From positions 1 through 64,000 of the forward strand of contig JBGPFC010000012.1 in NCBI GenBank assembly GCA_041483195.1: a DNA stretch of 64,000 nt, read 5' to 3'. Below the pieces are notes generated by a model, which was not told where the DNA came from, ran no database searches, and saw only the letters and a list, made by a program, of their open reading frames with translations. Shown one piece after another: positions 42,081 to 51,320 of this stretch. The position numbers and the translations under genes were made by a program. The DNA comes from Candidatus Eiseniibacteriota bacterium (GTDB taxonomy: Bacteria; Eisenbacteria; RBG-16-71-46). Every line of letters starts with the position of its first letter. Position 1 is the stretch's first letter.

Positions 42081-44300
42081 TCAACCCTCGTCCAGCCGCT
42101 CCCGCAGGCCCGCGACGTCGATCTGGATCGACGGGCTCGCGCGCATCAGCTCTTCGAGCGCCTGCTCGCGCGGCCGCACGGCGCGCCCAGCTGGCCGCCG
42201 GTCCTCGAGCGCCGGCCAGAGCGCGGCCTTCACGTCGGCGGGGAGCGTGGACTCGAGGTACTCGAGCGCGGTGCCGCGCAGCCGCGCGTCGCCGCCCTCG
42301 ATCGCCCGCGAGGCGAGCCGCAGCGGCTCGCCGGGGAGCGCCAGCGCGAGCAGCGCGAACACCAGCTCCAGCGTCTGGCGGGCGCGCTCGCGCACCACGG
42401 TGTCGAGCGCGGAGCCCGGAAGCGCGGCGAGCGCGCCGACGCGCGGCGGTCCTGCGTTCCACAGCTCGCGCCCGAGCAGCGCCTCGCGGGCCGCGGCCGC
42501 GAACACGCGGCCCTCGTCGAACGCGAGCGCCGGGTTGCGCTCGTGCATGCGCCGCAGCGCACGGGCGGAGTGGAAGCGCACCTCGAAGCGCACGTCGTCG
42601 AGCCCGCGCAGCAGGCCGTCCACCGCTCCCGCGGAATCGCACACCGCCAGGGCGCGCGGCAGGCGACGGCGCACCGCGAAATCGGTCTCGGGATCGAGCA
42701 GTACGCGCACCAGCTCCATGGTGAATCGCGGCGCGGCCTCGCGCAGCGCGCGCAAGGCGTCGGCCGCCGCGTCGTCGCGCGCGAGCAGCGCGATGGCGTG
42801 CGCGAGCACAGCTGGATCGAGCGGACCGTCCGCGAGCGCGGCGCACACACGCGCGCCGTCGAAGGATTGCAGCGCGGCGATGCGCTCGAGCGCCGGGTCC
42901 GAAGCGGGCGGCGCGCCCGGTTGCGCGCCGGAAGTCGCGCCGGCCTCGGGGGCTCGGTGTTCGCCGGCGGCCCACGCCGCGCGCAGCGCGGTCACGTCGA
43001 TGCCGCGGCTGCCGAGGGTCAGGATCATGGTGTCGCGCGTGGTGCGGTCGCGCACGTCTTCGGCGTCGAGCGCGACGGCGCCGCGCAGCAGCCCGCGCTC
43101 GAGCGCCGCGACGTAACCGCGGTGGAGCCGCAGCGCGAGCGCGACGCCCGCGATCGAGAGCGCGACGCTCGCGAGCAGCATCGCGGGGTGCGAACGCTCC
43201 GGGCCGAGCAACATGAGCAGCGCGGCCGCGCCACCCCCGAGCGCGTCGCCGGCGCGATCGAAGCCGACGTCCACCAGGGTCTTGGTCGCGCGGCGATCGT
43301 GCGGCGCGAGCGGCGTGAAGAGCAGCTCGTAGCCGGAGCGGAAGACCGAGCTGCGGACCACCGCCTCGATCGCGCGGCCGATCGCGACGCTCGCGACGCC
43401 CGGGACGAGCAGCGCGCCGGCGCCGCCGATCGCGACGCCGGCCGGGAGCAGCGCCGTGGTGCGCGCGAGCCCGGCCCGCTCCAGGCACCAGCGCCCGCAG
43501 GTGGCCTGCGCCAGGAACGTGAGCAGCGCGATCCCCGCGTAGAACGCGGAGAGCATGCGCATCAGGTCCCTGCCGCGCGGATAGGCCGCGGTGACGCGCG
43601 CCTTGAACACCACGTCGAGCAGCACGACCGCGACCGTCACCGTCACCGTGAGCCACGCGATGTTCCGGAGCAGCGGCGTCTCGCGGAACACGCGCAGGGC
43701 CGAGCGCTGCGGCGCGGCATCGGCCGGCGCGGCGGGTTGCGCGAGCGGCACCAGGCCGCGCGCGGCGACGGCGCATGCGACGTGGAGCGCCGCGAGCACC
43801 GGCAGGATCGAGATCACGTCGAAGCGCGCGCCGAAGCGCTCGGCGACCAGGCCGCCCGCGACGCCGCCCAGCGTGCCGGCCGCGCCGATCGTGCCCATGC
43901 GCCGCCGCGCGGTGCGCGGATCGAACGCTTCGGTCACCTGCGACCAGAACGCGGAGGCGAGCGCCGTGCCGAACGCCGAGACGTGGAGGAACACCGCCAC
44001 CGCGATCACGCCCGGCGCGCGCGCGGCGAGCGCCCACTCGATCAGCGTGAGCGCTGCGCTGGCCGCGAACGCGGCGGGCACGACTCGCGCGGGGCCGCGT
44101 GCGCTCAGCGCGCGCGCGAACAGCGCCGCCAGCAGGATCGAGCAGACCGCGGCCGCGATCAGGGCCGCCGGCAGCCGCGCCACGCCGAAGCGCGAGAGAA
44201 AGAGCGCGTCGCGCGTGGCGCGGGATGCGACCTGCTGGGCGATCATCGCGGCCGCCGTGATCATCGCGGCGCGGGCTGCGGGATCCGTGGGGCGGGTCAT
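42081..44300 (-). CDS. NTT/TLC-like MFS transporter fused to HEAT repeats
   Basis: RDALFLSRF, FDPRTARR, ELLFTPL...TKTLVDVGFDRAGD, C-terminal HEAT-like helices LRGTALEYLES. Confidence 0.8.
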   Translation of the reverse strand: MTRPTDPAARAAMITAAAMIAQQVASRATRDALFLSRFGVARLPAALIAAAVCSILLAALFARALSARGPARVVPAAFAASAALTLIEWALAARAPGVIAVAVFLHVSAFGTALASAFWSQVTEAFDPRTARRRMGTIGAAGTLGGVAGGLVAERFGARFDVISILPVLAALHVACAVAARGLVPLAQPAAPADAAPQRSALRVFRETPLLRNIAWLTVTVTVAVVLLDVVFKARVTAAYPRGRDLMRMLSAFYAGIALLTFLAQATCGRWCLERAGLARTTALLPAGVAIGGAGALLVPGVASVAIGRAIEAVVRSSVFRSGYELLFTPLAPHDRRATKTLVDVGFDRAGDALGGGAAALLMLLGPERSHPAMLLASVALSIAGVALALRLHRGYVAALERGLLRGAVALDAEDVRDRTTRDTMILTLGSRGIDVTALRAAWAAGEHRAPEAGATSGAQPGAPPASDPALERIAALQSFDGARVCAALADGPLDPAVLAHAIALLARDDAAADALRALREAAPRFTMELVRVLLDPETDFAVRRRLPRALAVCDSAGAVDGLLRGLDDVRFEVRFHSARALRRMHERNPALAFDEGRVFAAAAREALLGRELWNAGPPRVGALAALPGSALDTVVRERARQTLELVFALLALALPGEPLRLASRAIEGGDARLRGTALEYLESTLPADVKAALWPALEDRRPAGRAVRPREQALEELMRASPSIQIDVAGLRERLDEG

Positions 44301-44430
44301 CCGCGCGAGTATGACGTGGCGGGATCGATGCGCGCCAGCCCTGTGCTAGGCTCGCCCGCCGTGACCCACGCTCCCATCACGGCGCCGCCGCCGGAGCACC
44401 GCCCGCACCGCGAGAACGAGGAACGCGATC

Positions 44431-45459
44431 ATGCCAACGTTGCGTGAGGTCGGCGAGTTCGAGGCGATCCGCCTGCTCACGCACGCGCGCGGCCGCGCGC
44501 GGGGCGACGAGGCGGCGGGCGTGGTGGCGGGCCCCGGCGACGACGCGGCCGTGCTGCGCGTGGATCCCGGCGACGACCTGATCGCCACCACCGACGCGTT
44601 CGTCGAGGGACGCCACTACCTGCCGGCCTGGCTCACGCCCGCCGAGGTGGGCGCGCGGCTCGCCGCCGCGAACCTGAGCGACCTCGCCGCGATGGCGGCG
44701 CGGCCGCGCTGGGCGCTGCTCTCGATCGGGGTGCGCGCCGGGCACGACATGGATGCGCTGCTGGCGTTGCAGCGCGGCGCGAGCGCCGCCCTTGCGGCGG
44801 AAGGCGCCGCGATCGTGGGCGGCAATCTCGCGGCGGTGGACGGCGCGGAGTGGTGGAGCCTCACGCTGCTGGGCGCTGCGCCGCGCGGCCGCGCGTGGAC
44901 GCGGCACGGCGCGCGCCCCGGCGACCTGCTTGCGGTGACCGGCTCGCCGGGACGCGCCGGCGCGGGGCTGCGGATCGCGACACGCGAGGATCGCATCGCT
45001 CGCGCGCCCGAGTGGGCGACGCTGCTCGATGCGTGGCTCCGCCCGCGCCCGCGAGTCGCGTTCGCGCTCGCGCTCGCGCCATCGCGCGCGGTGACCGCCG
45101 CGATCGACATCTCGGACGGACTGGCCGGCGATCTCTCGCGGCTGTGCGAGGCGAGCGGGGTGGGCTGCGCGATCGAGGCCGCAACCTGGCCGCCCGATCC
45201 GCTGCTGGAGCGGGCCGCGAAAGCGCTCGGCGTCACGGCGGGCGCTTTACGCGTCGCGCCGAGCGACGACTACGAGCTGGCGCTCGCCGTGGATCCCGCG
45301 GGGCGCGCGGCGTGCGAGGAGGCGGCGCGCGCGAGGGGCGTGCCGCTCGCGTTCGTGGGGCGCTTCACCGATTCGCCGGGCGCATGCGTCGTGCTGGGCC
45401 CGGGAGGCGAGGCGCCGCTCGGCGACGCGGGATTCGACCACTTCGCCGCCGACCGCTGA
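44431..45459 (+). CDS. thiL: Thiamine-monophosphate kinase
   Basis: [38 protein letters not shown]. Confidence 0.95.
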   Translation: MPTLREVGEFEAIRLLTHARGRARGDEAAGVVAGPGDDAAVLRVDPGDDLIATTDAFVEGRHYLPAWLTPAEVGARLAAANLSDLAAMAARPRWALLSIGVRAGHDMDALLALQRGASAALAAEGAAIVGGNLAAVDGAEWWSLTLLGAAPRGRAWTRHGARPGDLLAVTGSPGRAGAGLRIATREDRIARAPEWATLLDAWLRPRPRVAFALALAPSRAVTAAIDISDGLAGDLSRLCEASGVGCAIEAATWPPDPLLERAAKALGVTAGALRVAPSDDYELALAVDPAGRAACEEAARARGVPLAFVGRFTDSPGACVVLGPGGEAPLGDAGFDHFAADR

Positions 45460-45461
45460 AG

Positions 45462-46418
45462 TCAGCGGTACAGCACCTTGATGCGTCCCCAGGTGCTGGT
45501 CCGGGTCGGCGTCGAGCACAGCGGGCCGCTCGAGAAGTTCGGGTGCGCGACGTCCCAGAAAGTATTCCCGTACTGCGTCGCCGTGCCGCAGAACACCAGG
45601 TCGTAGCCGGTCGGCACCGCGTTGAGAAACCCGCTCGTCGGCCACACGAGCGCCGTCATCGCGGTCGCGAGATTGCCCTGGGCTCCCGAGCCCCACTGCA
45701 CGAAGTCGATGATCTGGCTCACCTCGGTGAGGCCGCTGCCGGCCCCCGTGACCGGGGTCGCCGAATTCGGCACGTAGAGCGCGATCGATCCGGCCGTCGG
45801 GAGGTCGCCGAGGCCGCCCATGAAGAGATTGGTCGCGGTGTTGGTGCCGGCCTCGTTGGTGTGAATGGTGACGCGTCCGCCGGTGAACACCGTGACGCTG
45901 TTGAGCGGGACGAACTGCACGGGGGCGCCGTTCACGCTGATGCGGTAGCGGCCGAGGTCGCCGGTGTCGCCGCCCATGTTGGTGATCTCGATGCGATCGA
46001 GGCCGCCCGCCTGGTTGTATTCGAGTTCGGTGATCCGAAAGTTCGAGACCGGGATGCCCGAGGCGCTGATCGTGAGCGATCCCGTCATGCCGGAGAACTC
46101 GTGCTGCACGCAGTAGTAGGGCACGCTGCCGGTCTGTGTGCTCTTCCAGCTGAACGCGTTCCCGCTCGTGAGCTGGAGGTTGGTCAGGAACAGCGAGCCC
46201 GCGCCGGGGTCGCTGGAGCCCGCGCCGCTCTCCACCGTGTGCCCGCCCCCGGTCCACACCCACACCACCTGATCGCCCTGGTTGAGCGCGATCGAGTTCG
46301 GAAGGAACGTAAAGGACCCGGTGGCGTTGATCCGCACCTGCCCGGCATGAGCGCCGCTCGCGAAGCTCGAGAGCAGGACGAGCGCCGCCATGAACACGAA
46401 TAGTCGCGAACGTCGCAT
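45462..46418 (-). CDS. Secreted cupredoxin + lamin-tail-like domain protein with TWGxIK tail
   Basis: Signal peptide, HTV...YYCVQHEFSGM type-1 Cu ligands, ITELEYN...IEITN LTD-like segment, C-terminal STWGRIKVLYR. Confidence 0.8.
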   Translation of the reverse strand: MRRSRLFVFMAALVLLSSFASGAHAGQVRINATGSFTFLPNSIALNQGDQVVWVWTGGGHTVESGAGSSDPGAGSLFLTNLQLTSGNAFSWKSTQTGSVPYYCVQHEFSGMTGSLTISASGIPVSNFRITELEYNQAGGLDRIEITNMGGDTGDLGRYRISVNGAPVQFVPLNSVTVFTGGRVTIHTNEAGTNTATNLFMGGLGDLPTAGSIALYVPNSATPVTGAGSGLTEVSQIIDFVQWGSGAQGNLATAMTALVWPTSGFLNAVPTGYDLVFCGTATQYGNTFWDVAHPNFSSGPLCSTPTRTSTWGRIKVLYR

Positions 46419-46439
46419 GTGTATCTCCGGGGTGCGGGG

Positions 46440-47357
46440 CTAACGCCCGCGGCGCGTCGCGCCCCGCGCGCTGGCGCGGGAGGCGCTGGTGCTGCGTGCT
46501 GCGGCCGTCGCCTTGATGGAGGGTGTGCTGCGGCGCGCGGCCTGCGCGTTGACGGAGATGGTCGCGCCGCGCGTGGACGGCGCGGGCTTCGAGACGGTCG
46601 CGCGCTTCGCGACCGGTACGGGCTTCGCGGCCGGCGCGCGCTTCGCGGGCGGCGTGGGCTTCGCGACCGCCGTCTTGCCAACGTAGGCGGGCTTCGCCAC
46701 CACCGCCACGCGCGGCGCGGGGCCCATCATCGCGGGACGGAGATCGAGCTGGTCTTCCATGAGACCGAAGCGCGCCTCGTGCTGGAGCAGCCAGCGCTTG
46801 CGCGGCACGCCGCCGCCGTAGCCCACCAGGCCGCCGTCGGCGCCGATCACGCGGTGACATGGCACGATGATCGCGATCGGGTTGTCATGATTCGCGAGGC
46901 CCACCGCGCGCGCGGCCTTCGGCTGGCCGATCGCCTTCGCGATCTGGCCGTAGGTGCGGGTGCGCGCGTAGGGAATCTGTCGCAGCTGGTTCCACACCGC
47001 CTGCTGGAACTCGGTGCCCACCGGATCGAGCGCCAGGTCGAACTCGGTGAGCGTGCCGCAGAAATATGACTCGAACTGATCCACCACCGCTTTGAGCTCG
47101 AGCAGCGAGGCTTCCCACTTCGCATCCGGGCAATCCGCCTCGTGACGCTGGATCATGCGCCGGATGCTCTTGCGATCCATGAACTCGGTATAACGCAGCC
47201 CGCGCTCGGTGCGTGCGAGAAACAGGAGCCCGAGCGGCGGGGGCGCGGACATCACATGGTAGGCGAGTCGCACGGGGTCAGGATACCGGAGCGCTTCGCG
47301 AGTGCCAAGCGCGCGCGTCGAATCCGGTGCGCTGCGCGTGGACTCCCGGGCGGTCAT
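46440..47357 (-). CDS. ogt: Methylated-DNA-protein-cysteine methyltransferase with basic low-complexity tail (start uncertain)
   Basis: GTEFQQAVW, RAVGLAN, PCHRVIG, GYGGG. Confidence 0.9.
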   Translation of the reverse strand: MTARESTRSAPDSTRALGTREALRYPDPVRLAYHVMSAPPPLGLLFLARTERGLRYTEFMDRKSIRRMIQRHEADCPDAKWEASLLELKAVVDQFESYFCGTLTEFDLALDPVGTEFQQAVWNQLRQIPYARTRTYGQIAKAIGQPKAARAVGLANHDNPIAIIVPCHRVIGADGGLVGYGGGVPRKRWLLQHEARFGLMEDQLDLRPAMMGPAPRVAVVAKPAYVGKTAVAKPTPPAKRAPAAKPVPVAKRATVSKPAPSTRGATISVNAQAARRSTPSIKATAAARSTSASRASARGATRRGR

Positions 47358-47401
47358 GTTTACGGACGCTCAACCCGGAGACGCGCATCGGGTAGGGCAA
47401 T

Positions 47402-48109
47402 CTACGCGTCCCGCGCAGGGCCGATGCGTGGGATTACGCGCCCGGTCCGCGCGCGATAGCGAAGGTAGGCCTCGCCGAAGTGCGCCTCGAGCAGCGCCTC
47501 CTCGCGCCTCGCGCGCAGCTCGAGGGCGATCGTCATGAGCGCGACGCCCGCGAGCCCCACCGCGCTGCCGAACGCGAGGGCCGCGCCCAAGTTCGCGAGC
47601 CAGGCTCCCGCGTAGCCGGGATGTCGCACCACGCCGTACACGCCGCGGGTCTCGAGCGCGTGATCGCGCTGGATGGCGGGGAACGGGGCGAAGCGGCGCC
47701 CGAGCCGCACCATCGCCGCGGTGCGCAGCGCGAGACCGCAGGCGGCGAGCGCGACGCCGCCCCATCGCAGCGCGTCGCCCCCTGGGAGCGGCCAGAGCGC
47801 GAAGCGCTCGCCCCATGCCGCGAGCGGCGGGGTGAGCATCGGGATCGCGAACAGCGCGATCAGCAGGAGTGCGGGGTCGCGATCCTCGCGCGCGGTGTCG
47901 AGCGCGCGCACCGGACGCAGGAAGCCGAGCAGCGTCGCGCCCGCGCCCCAGATCGCGAGCAGCGCCAGCGCGCGCGGGTGCGCGCGCAGCGGCGCGATGC
48001 CGCCGAGCGCGAGTGCGAGCAGCACGGCATCAAGCGCCGTGACCGCGAGGGCCATGGTCAGCGTGATGAGGGGATGTCGCGCCGCCGGGGGTTGCGGCGA
48101 ATCGTTCAC
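47402..48109 (-). CDS. Isoprenylcysteine carboxyl methyltransferase-family membrane protein
   Basis: GVYGVVRHPGY, REEALL...FGEAYLRY. Confidence 0.88.
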   Translation of the reverse strand: MNDSPQPPAARHPLITLTMALAVTALDAVLLALALGGIAPLRAHPRALALLAIWGAGATLLGFLRPVRALDTAREDRDPALLLIALFAIPMLTPPLAAWGERFALWPLPGGDALRWGGVALAACGLALRTAAMVRLGRRFAPFPAIQRDHALETRGVYGVVRHPGYAGAWLANLGAALAFGSAVGLAGVALMTIALELRARREEALLEAHFGEAYLRYRARTGRVIPRIGPARDA

Positions 48110-48195
48110 GCGGCCACTCTACCAACTTGGCGGGCGCGCGTCACCGCGATAGGGTTCGCGCCTCGAGCCCCCCGCCGCCCCGTGAGGAGGATGTG

Positions 48196-48729
48196 ATGGA
48201 GGAGTTCCTTTCGCAGTTTCATCCGCAGCTGGTGCACACCCCGATCGCGCTGATCATCGTGGGCGCCCTGTTCGAGCTGGCGGGCCGCGCGATGGACACC
48301 GAGTGGATGCGCAAGGCGGCGTTCGCGATGCTGATCGTCGGCGTGCTGGGCGCGTACGGAGCGGTGCTCTCCGGCGAAGGCGCGAGCGAGAAGGCCGAGC
48401 ACGCGGGGATTCCCGAGGCGACCGTGGACCGCCACGGGGACCTGGCGAAGATCGCGCTCTGGCTCGGGGTCGCGGCGGTGCTGACGCGCGCGATCGCGGG
48501 GCGCACCGGCCGCGTGAAGGCCGCGGTGGGCGGGCTCGCGCTGGTGCTGCACCTCGCGGCCGCGACCACCGTGGGCTTCGCGGCGCACCGCGGCGGCAAG
48601 CTGGTGTACGAATACGGCGCCAACGTGCGCGTGAACGGCGTGCCGGTGTTGAAGCCGAAGCCCGGCGCGACGAACGAACACGGCGCGGGCGGCGAGAAGA
48701 GCGGGGAGAAGCGCGGAGACGGCGACTGA
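48196..48729 (+). CDS. DUF2231 family membrane protein
   Basis: FHPQLVHTPIAL, HRGGKLVYEYG; GAGGAGG RBS. Confidence 0.85.
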   Translation: MEEFLSQFHPQLVHTPIALIIVGALFELAGRAMDTEWMRKAAFAMLIVGVLGAYGAVLSGEGASEKAEHAGIPEATVDRHGDLAKIALWLGVAAVLTRAIAGRTGRVKAAVGGLALVLHLAAATTVGFAAHRGGKLVYEYGANVRVNGVPVLKPKPGATNEHGAGGEKSGEKRGDGD

Positions 48730-48774
48730 GATCGCGGGGGCGCTAGTCGCCGCGAGGGCGCCGCCCGCACACGA

Positions 48775-49719
48775 TTATTTCTTGGCCTTGTATGGCCCCA
48801 AGAACTTGGGACCATTGAAGTGGATCAAGTGGTCGGGCCGGTCGGCGATCCACACCTCGGTTTCCCATGCGATGTCGCCCGCGTGCCTTCTGAATCCAGG
48901 CGTGTCGAGAAAGGCCGTGACGTAAACGCGCTCGGCTGGACAAGTGCACATCAGCTTTTCAAGTTCCGCGCGCCGCTTGGGAGAGATAGGGCCGTGCGAT
49001 GTGACCGCTTCGATTAGGAAGATCCAGTTTTTCTCCGGCCAGTAGAGGATGATGTCAGGCAACTTGTCGTGCTGGGTGATAGGCACGCTGAGGCCCCTGA
49101 GCCGGGCGTCGGCGAGCACCACGTCCTTGCGCGCAGTGTCCCCGACATACAGCACCTCGCTGCCAGGGGCAAAGCGAGGGCCGAATTGCTCGATCACGGC
49201 GACCTGAAGAGCGTTGTGGCTGCCGGGGGATAGGAACACCGTGCAGCCGTCTGGCAGTTTGAGGCGCACGAGATGAGACTTGCGAGCCTGCTCGTAAGAG
49301 GCTGCTAGTGATCCGTGCTTGGCGACAAAGCCATTGGCGGCAGCAGCGAATCTCCGCTTCCCGTAGGCTTTGAGAACGCGCAGAGCATCGGGTGTGAGGC
49401 GGTAGGCATTCTTACCACTGTTGGTAGGTCGCGCCGGGTCGTCAGGGTTCCTGTCGACGATTCTCGCCTGCTCGAATTGGTGCAGGGTTTGCCGGCGAAA
49501 CGTCTCGCGTGAATTTGCCGCATAGTTCTTGCCGTGGTGCTTCCGGATGAAGGCCATGATGTCCACAGTGCGCAAGAGCGGAGACTCGGCGTCCTCCCAG
49601 GATGTCTTCGGGCGCAAATTCGCGAGGGCGAGCAACGTGAGAGCCGAGCGCGCATTCTGCTGGGCCCGCGGAACTCCTAACGAAGCGAGGATCTTGGCGG
49701 CCTCGGATGCCCTGCTCAA
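48775..49719 (-). CDS. BsuBI/PstI-family type II restriction endonuclease
   Basis: YAANSRETFRRQTLHQF, LSPGSHN, HDKLPDII, IEAVTSHGP, IAWETEVWIADRPDHLIHFNG. Confidence 0.93.
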   Translation of the reverse strand: MSRASEAAKILASLGVPRAQQNARSALTLLALANLRPKTSWEDAESPLLRTVDIMAFIRKHHGKNYAANSRETFRRQTLHQFEQARIVDRNPDDPARPTNSGKNAYRLTPDALRVLKAYGKRRFAAAANGFVAKHGSLAASYEQARKSHLVRLKLPDGCTVFLSPGSHNALQVAVIEQFGPRFAPGSEVLYVGDTARKDVVLADARLRGLSVPITQHDKLPDIILYWPEKNWIFLIEAVTSHGPISPKRRAELEKLMCTCPAERVYVTAFLDTPGFRRHAGDIAWETEVWIADRPDHLIHFNGPKFLGPYKAKK

Positions 49720-51287
49720 TTTTCGCGCTCCCTCAGGTAGCGCCTCAGAGGCTCGGCGACGTCTAGTTCGCGAAACACGGCTGCCTCAGCGCGCGCGTGC
49801 GTGATGGGCGCGAGTTCTTGAATCTTCGCGCCAATGCGCGCCACGGTCCGAAGGTCGGGAAGCGGCATGGACCGAATCTCGGTCGCATTCACCTGCGTGT
49901 TTCCGCTGATCGCGCGAAAATAGCGATCGAGCAACGCAGAGTTGAAGAGCGCAGTGAGCCCGAGGCACTCTTCCTCGGAGAGCTCGCGCTCCGCGTGGTA
50001 GACGTAGTTCAAGTGATTCTCCAGCGCAATCTCCGTCCGGAGCGCTTCCTTACGGAGGAAGCTGCTCGCGACAAGACGCCGGCGCTCCTCCTTCGCGGTG
50101 AATCGTCGAAGCAGGACGTAATTTCGCGCCGGGAGGACCAGCGCCTCGGACTTCGGCCGGACCGCGAACGCCGTTGGCTTGCGCCCCTTGTCGAGCGGCC
50201 AGATGGTTTCAAAGGCCCGCACGTTGTGGACCGAGAGCAGGGGGATGGTGTCGTCTCCCTCCATGGCTGCGCGTAGGAATTCGGTGGCGCGAAATGAAAC
50301 CACGGGACCCGTCGAAACGCGAAGTCCCAGCTCCGCGAACCGCTGCGGCCAACCCTCCACCAGCTTCATCACGCGCGAGTCATTGGGCTCTTCGGGGATA
50401 CGGAGGACCATGTCGCCGGCGGTGTGGTCCAGGACGTGGGCCGAATGCAGCCTGCGGCGCGCGAGCCGCCGTGGGATATCCTGGCCGAAGCTCGTGGTGA
50501 GCGAGACGCGCGGCGCCTGAGCTTGCTTGGTGGTCTTCGTGACGACGCTCTCTTGGAGAACGTTCGCGTCGCGGAAGGTGTCCCTGCGTGACTCGAAGAG
50601 GTGGATGTGCTCGAGCGACATGCGCTCGAAAAACCATCTCCGGAAACCCCTAAAGTAGAGGCCGTTGCAGAAGCTCCGCGGCGTGATGGCGACAAGCTGT
50701 CCGCCGGTGCGGAGCAGGCTGGCCGCGAGCGCGAGGAAGAGTGCGTAGATGTTTGGCTGGCCGCGCACGACATTCCCCATCGCGCGCGTGTAGAGCGAGT
50801 CTCTTCCGATCTTGAAATATGGCGGGTTCATGATGACGGCGTCGAGTCCGTCCTGCCGATGCGCGTCCACGAAGAGCGAGGGCTGCGGCGCTGCCGCGAG
50901 GATGAAGTCCTCCTCGTGGAGCGAGTAAGTGAGCTCGTGTCCGGCGCGCTCAAGGGCCCGGCGGCATCGCTCGAGGCACGCTGCGAGCGACGGGAGCACG
51001 GACGGGTCGGTCTCGTAGAGCTCCAGATGGACTAGTCGCTTTGCCTTGAGTCCCAAGATGCGCTCGCACACCGCGGCCGAGAGAATTCCCGAGCCGGCGC
51101 CCGGGTCAAGCACGCGGATGCTTCGCGGAGGAATCTCGATGAGACCCGCCATGAAGCGCGCGACTGGTGGGGGGGTGAAGAACTGCCCGTGGGCCTTGCT
51201 GTGAGAGCGTGGCGAGCGCGCTTGGTGCTGCTCTTGGAGTTCAAGGGCGGAGCTCAGGAGGCTCGGCGTAGTGATGGATTCGGTCAT
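49716..51287 (-). CDS. N6-adenine DNA methyltransferase (BsuBI/PstI, Eco57I-type domain)
   Basis: GQFFTP, LDPGAGSGIL, NPPY, STGPVVSFR, ENHLNY, SGNTQVNATE. Confidence 0.93.
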   Translation of the reverse strand: MTESITTPSLLSSALELQEQHQARSPRSHSKAHGQFFTPPPVARFMAGLIEIPPRSIRVLDPGAGSGILSAAVCERILGLKAKRLVHLELYETDPSVLPSLAACLERCRRALERAGHELTYSLHEEDFILAAAPQPSLFVDAHRQDGLDAVIMNPPYFKIGRDSLYTRAMGNVVRGQPNIYALFLALAASLLRTGGQLVAITPRSFCNGLYFRGFRRWFFERMSLEHIHLFESRRDTFRDANVLQESVVTKTTKQAQAPRVSLTTSFGQDIPRRLARRRLHSAHVLDHTAGDMVLRIPEEPNDSRVMKLVEGWPQRFAELGLRVSTGPVVSFRATEFLRAAMEGDDTIPLLSVHNVRAFETIWPLDKGRKPTAFAVRPKSEALVLPARNYVLLRRFTAKEERRRLVASSFLRKEALRTEIALENHLNYVYHAERELSEEECLGLTALFNSALLDRYFRAISGNTQVNATEIRSMPLPDLRTVARIGAKIQELAPITHARAEAAVFRELDVAEPLRRYLREREN

Positions 51288-51320
51288 GCGGGTCCGGTCT
51301 CCCGGGGGCTGCCTATTGCG

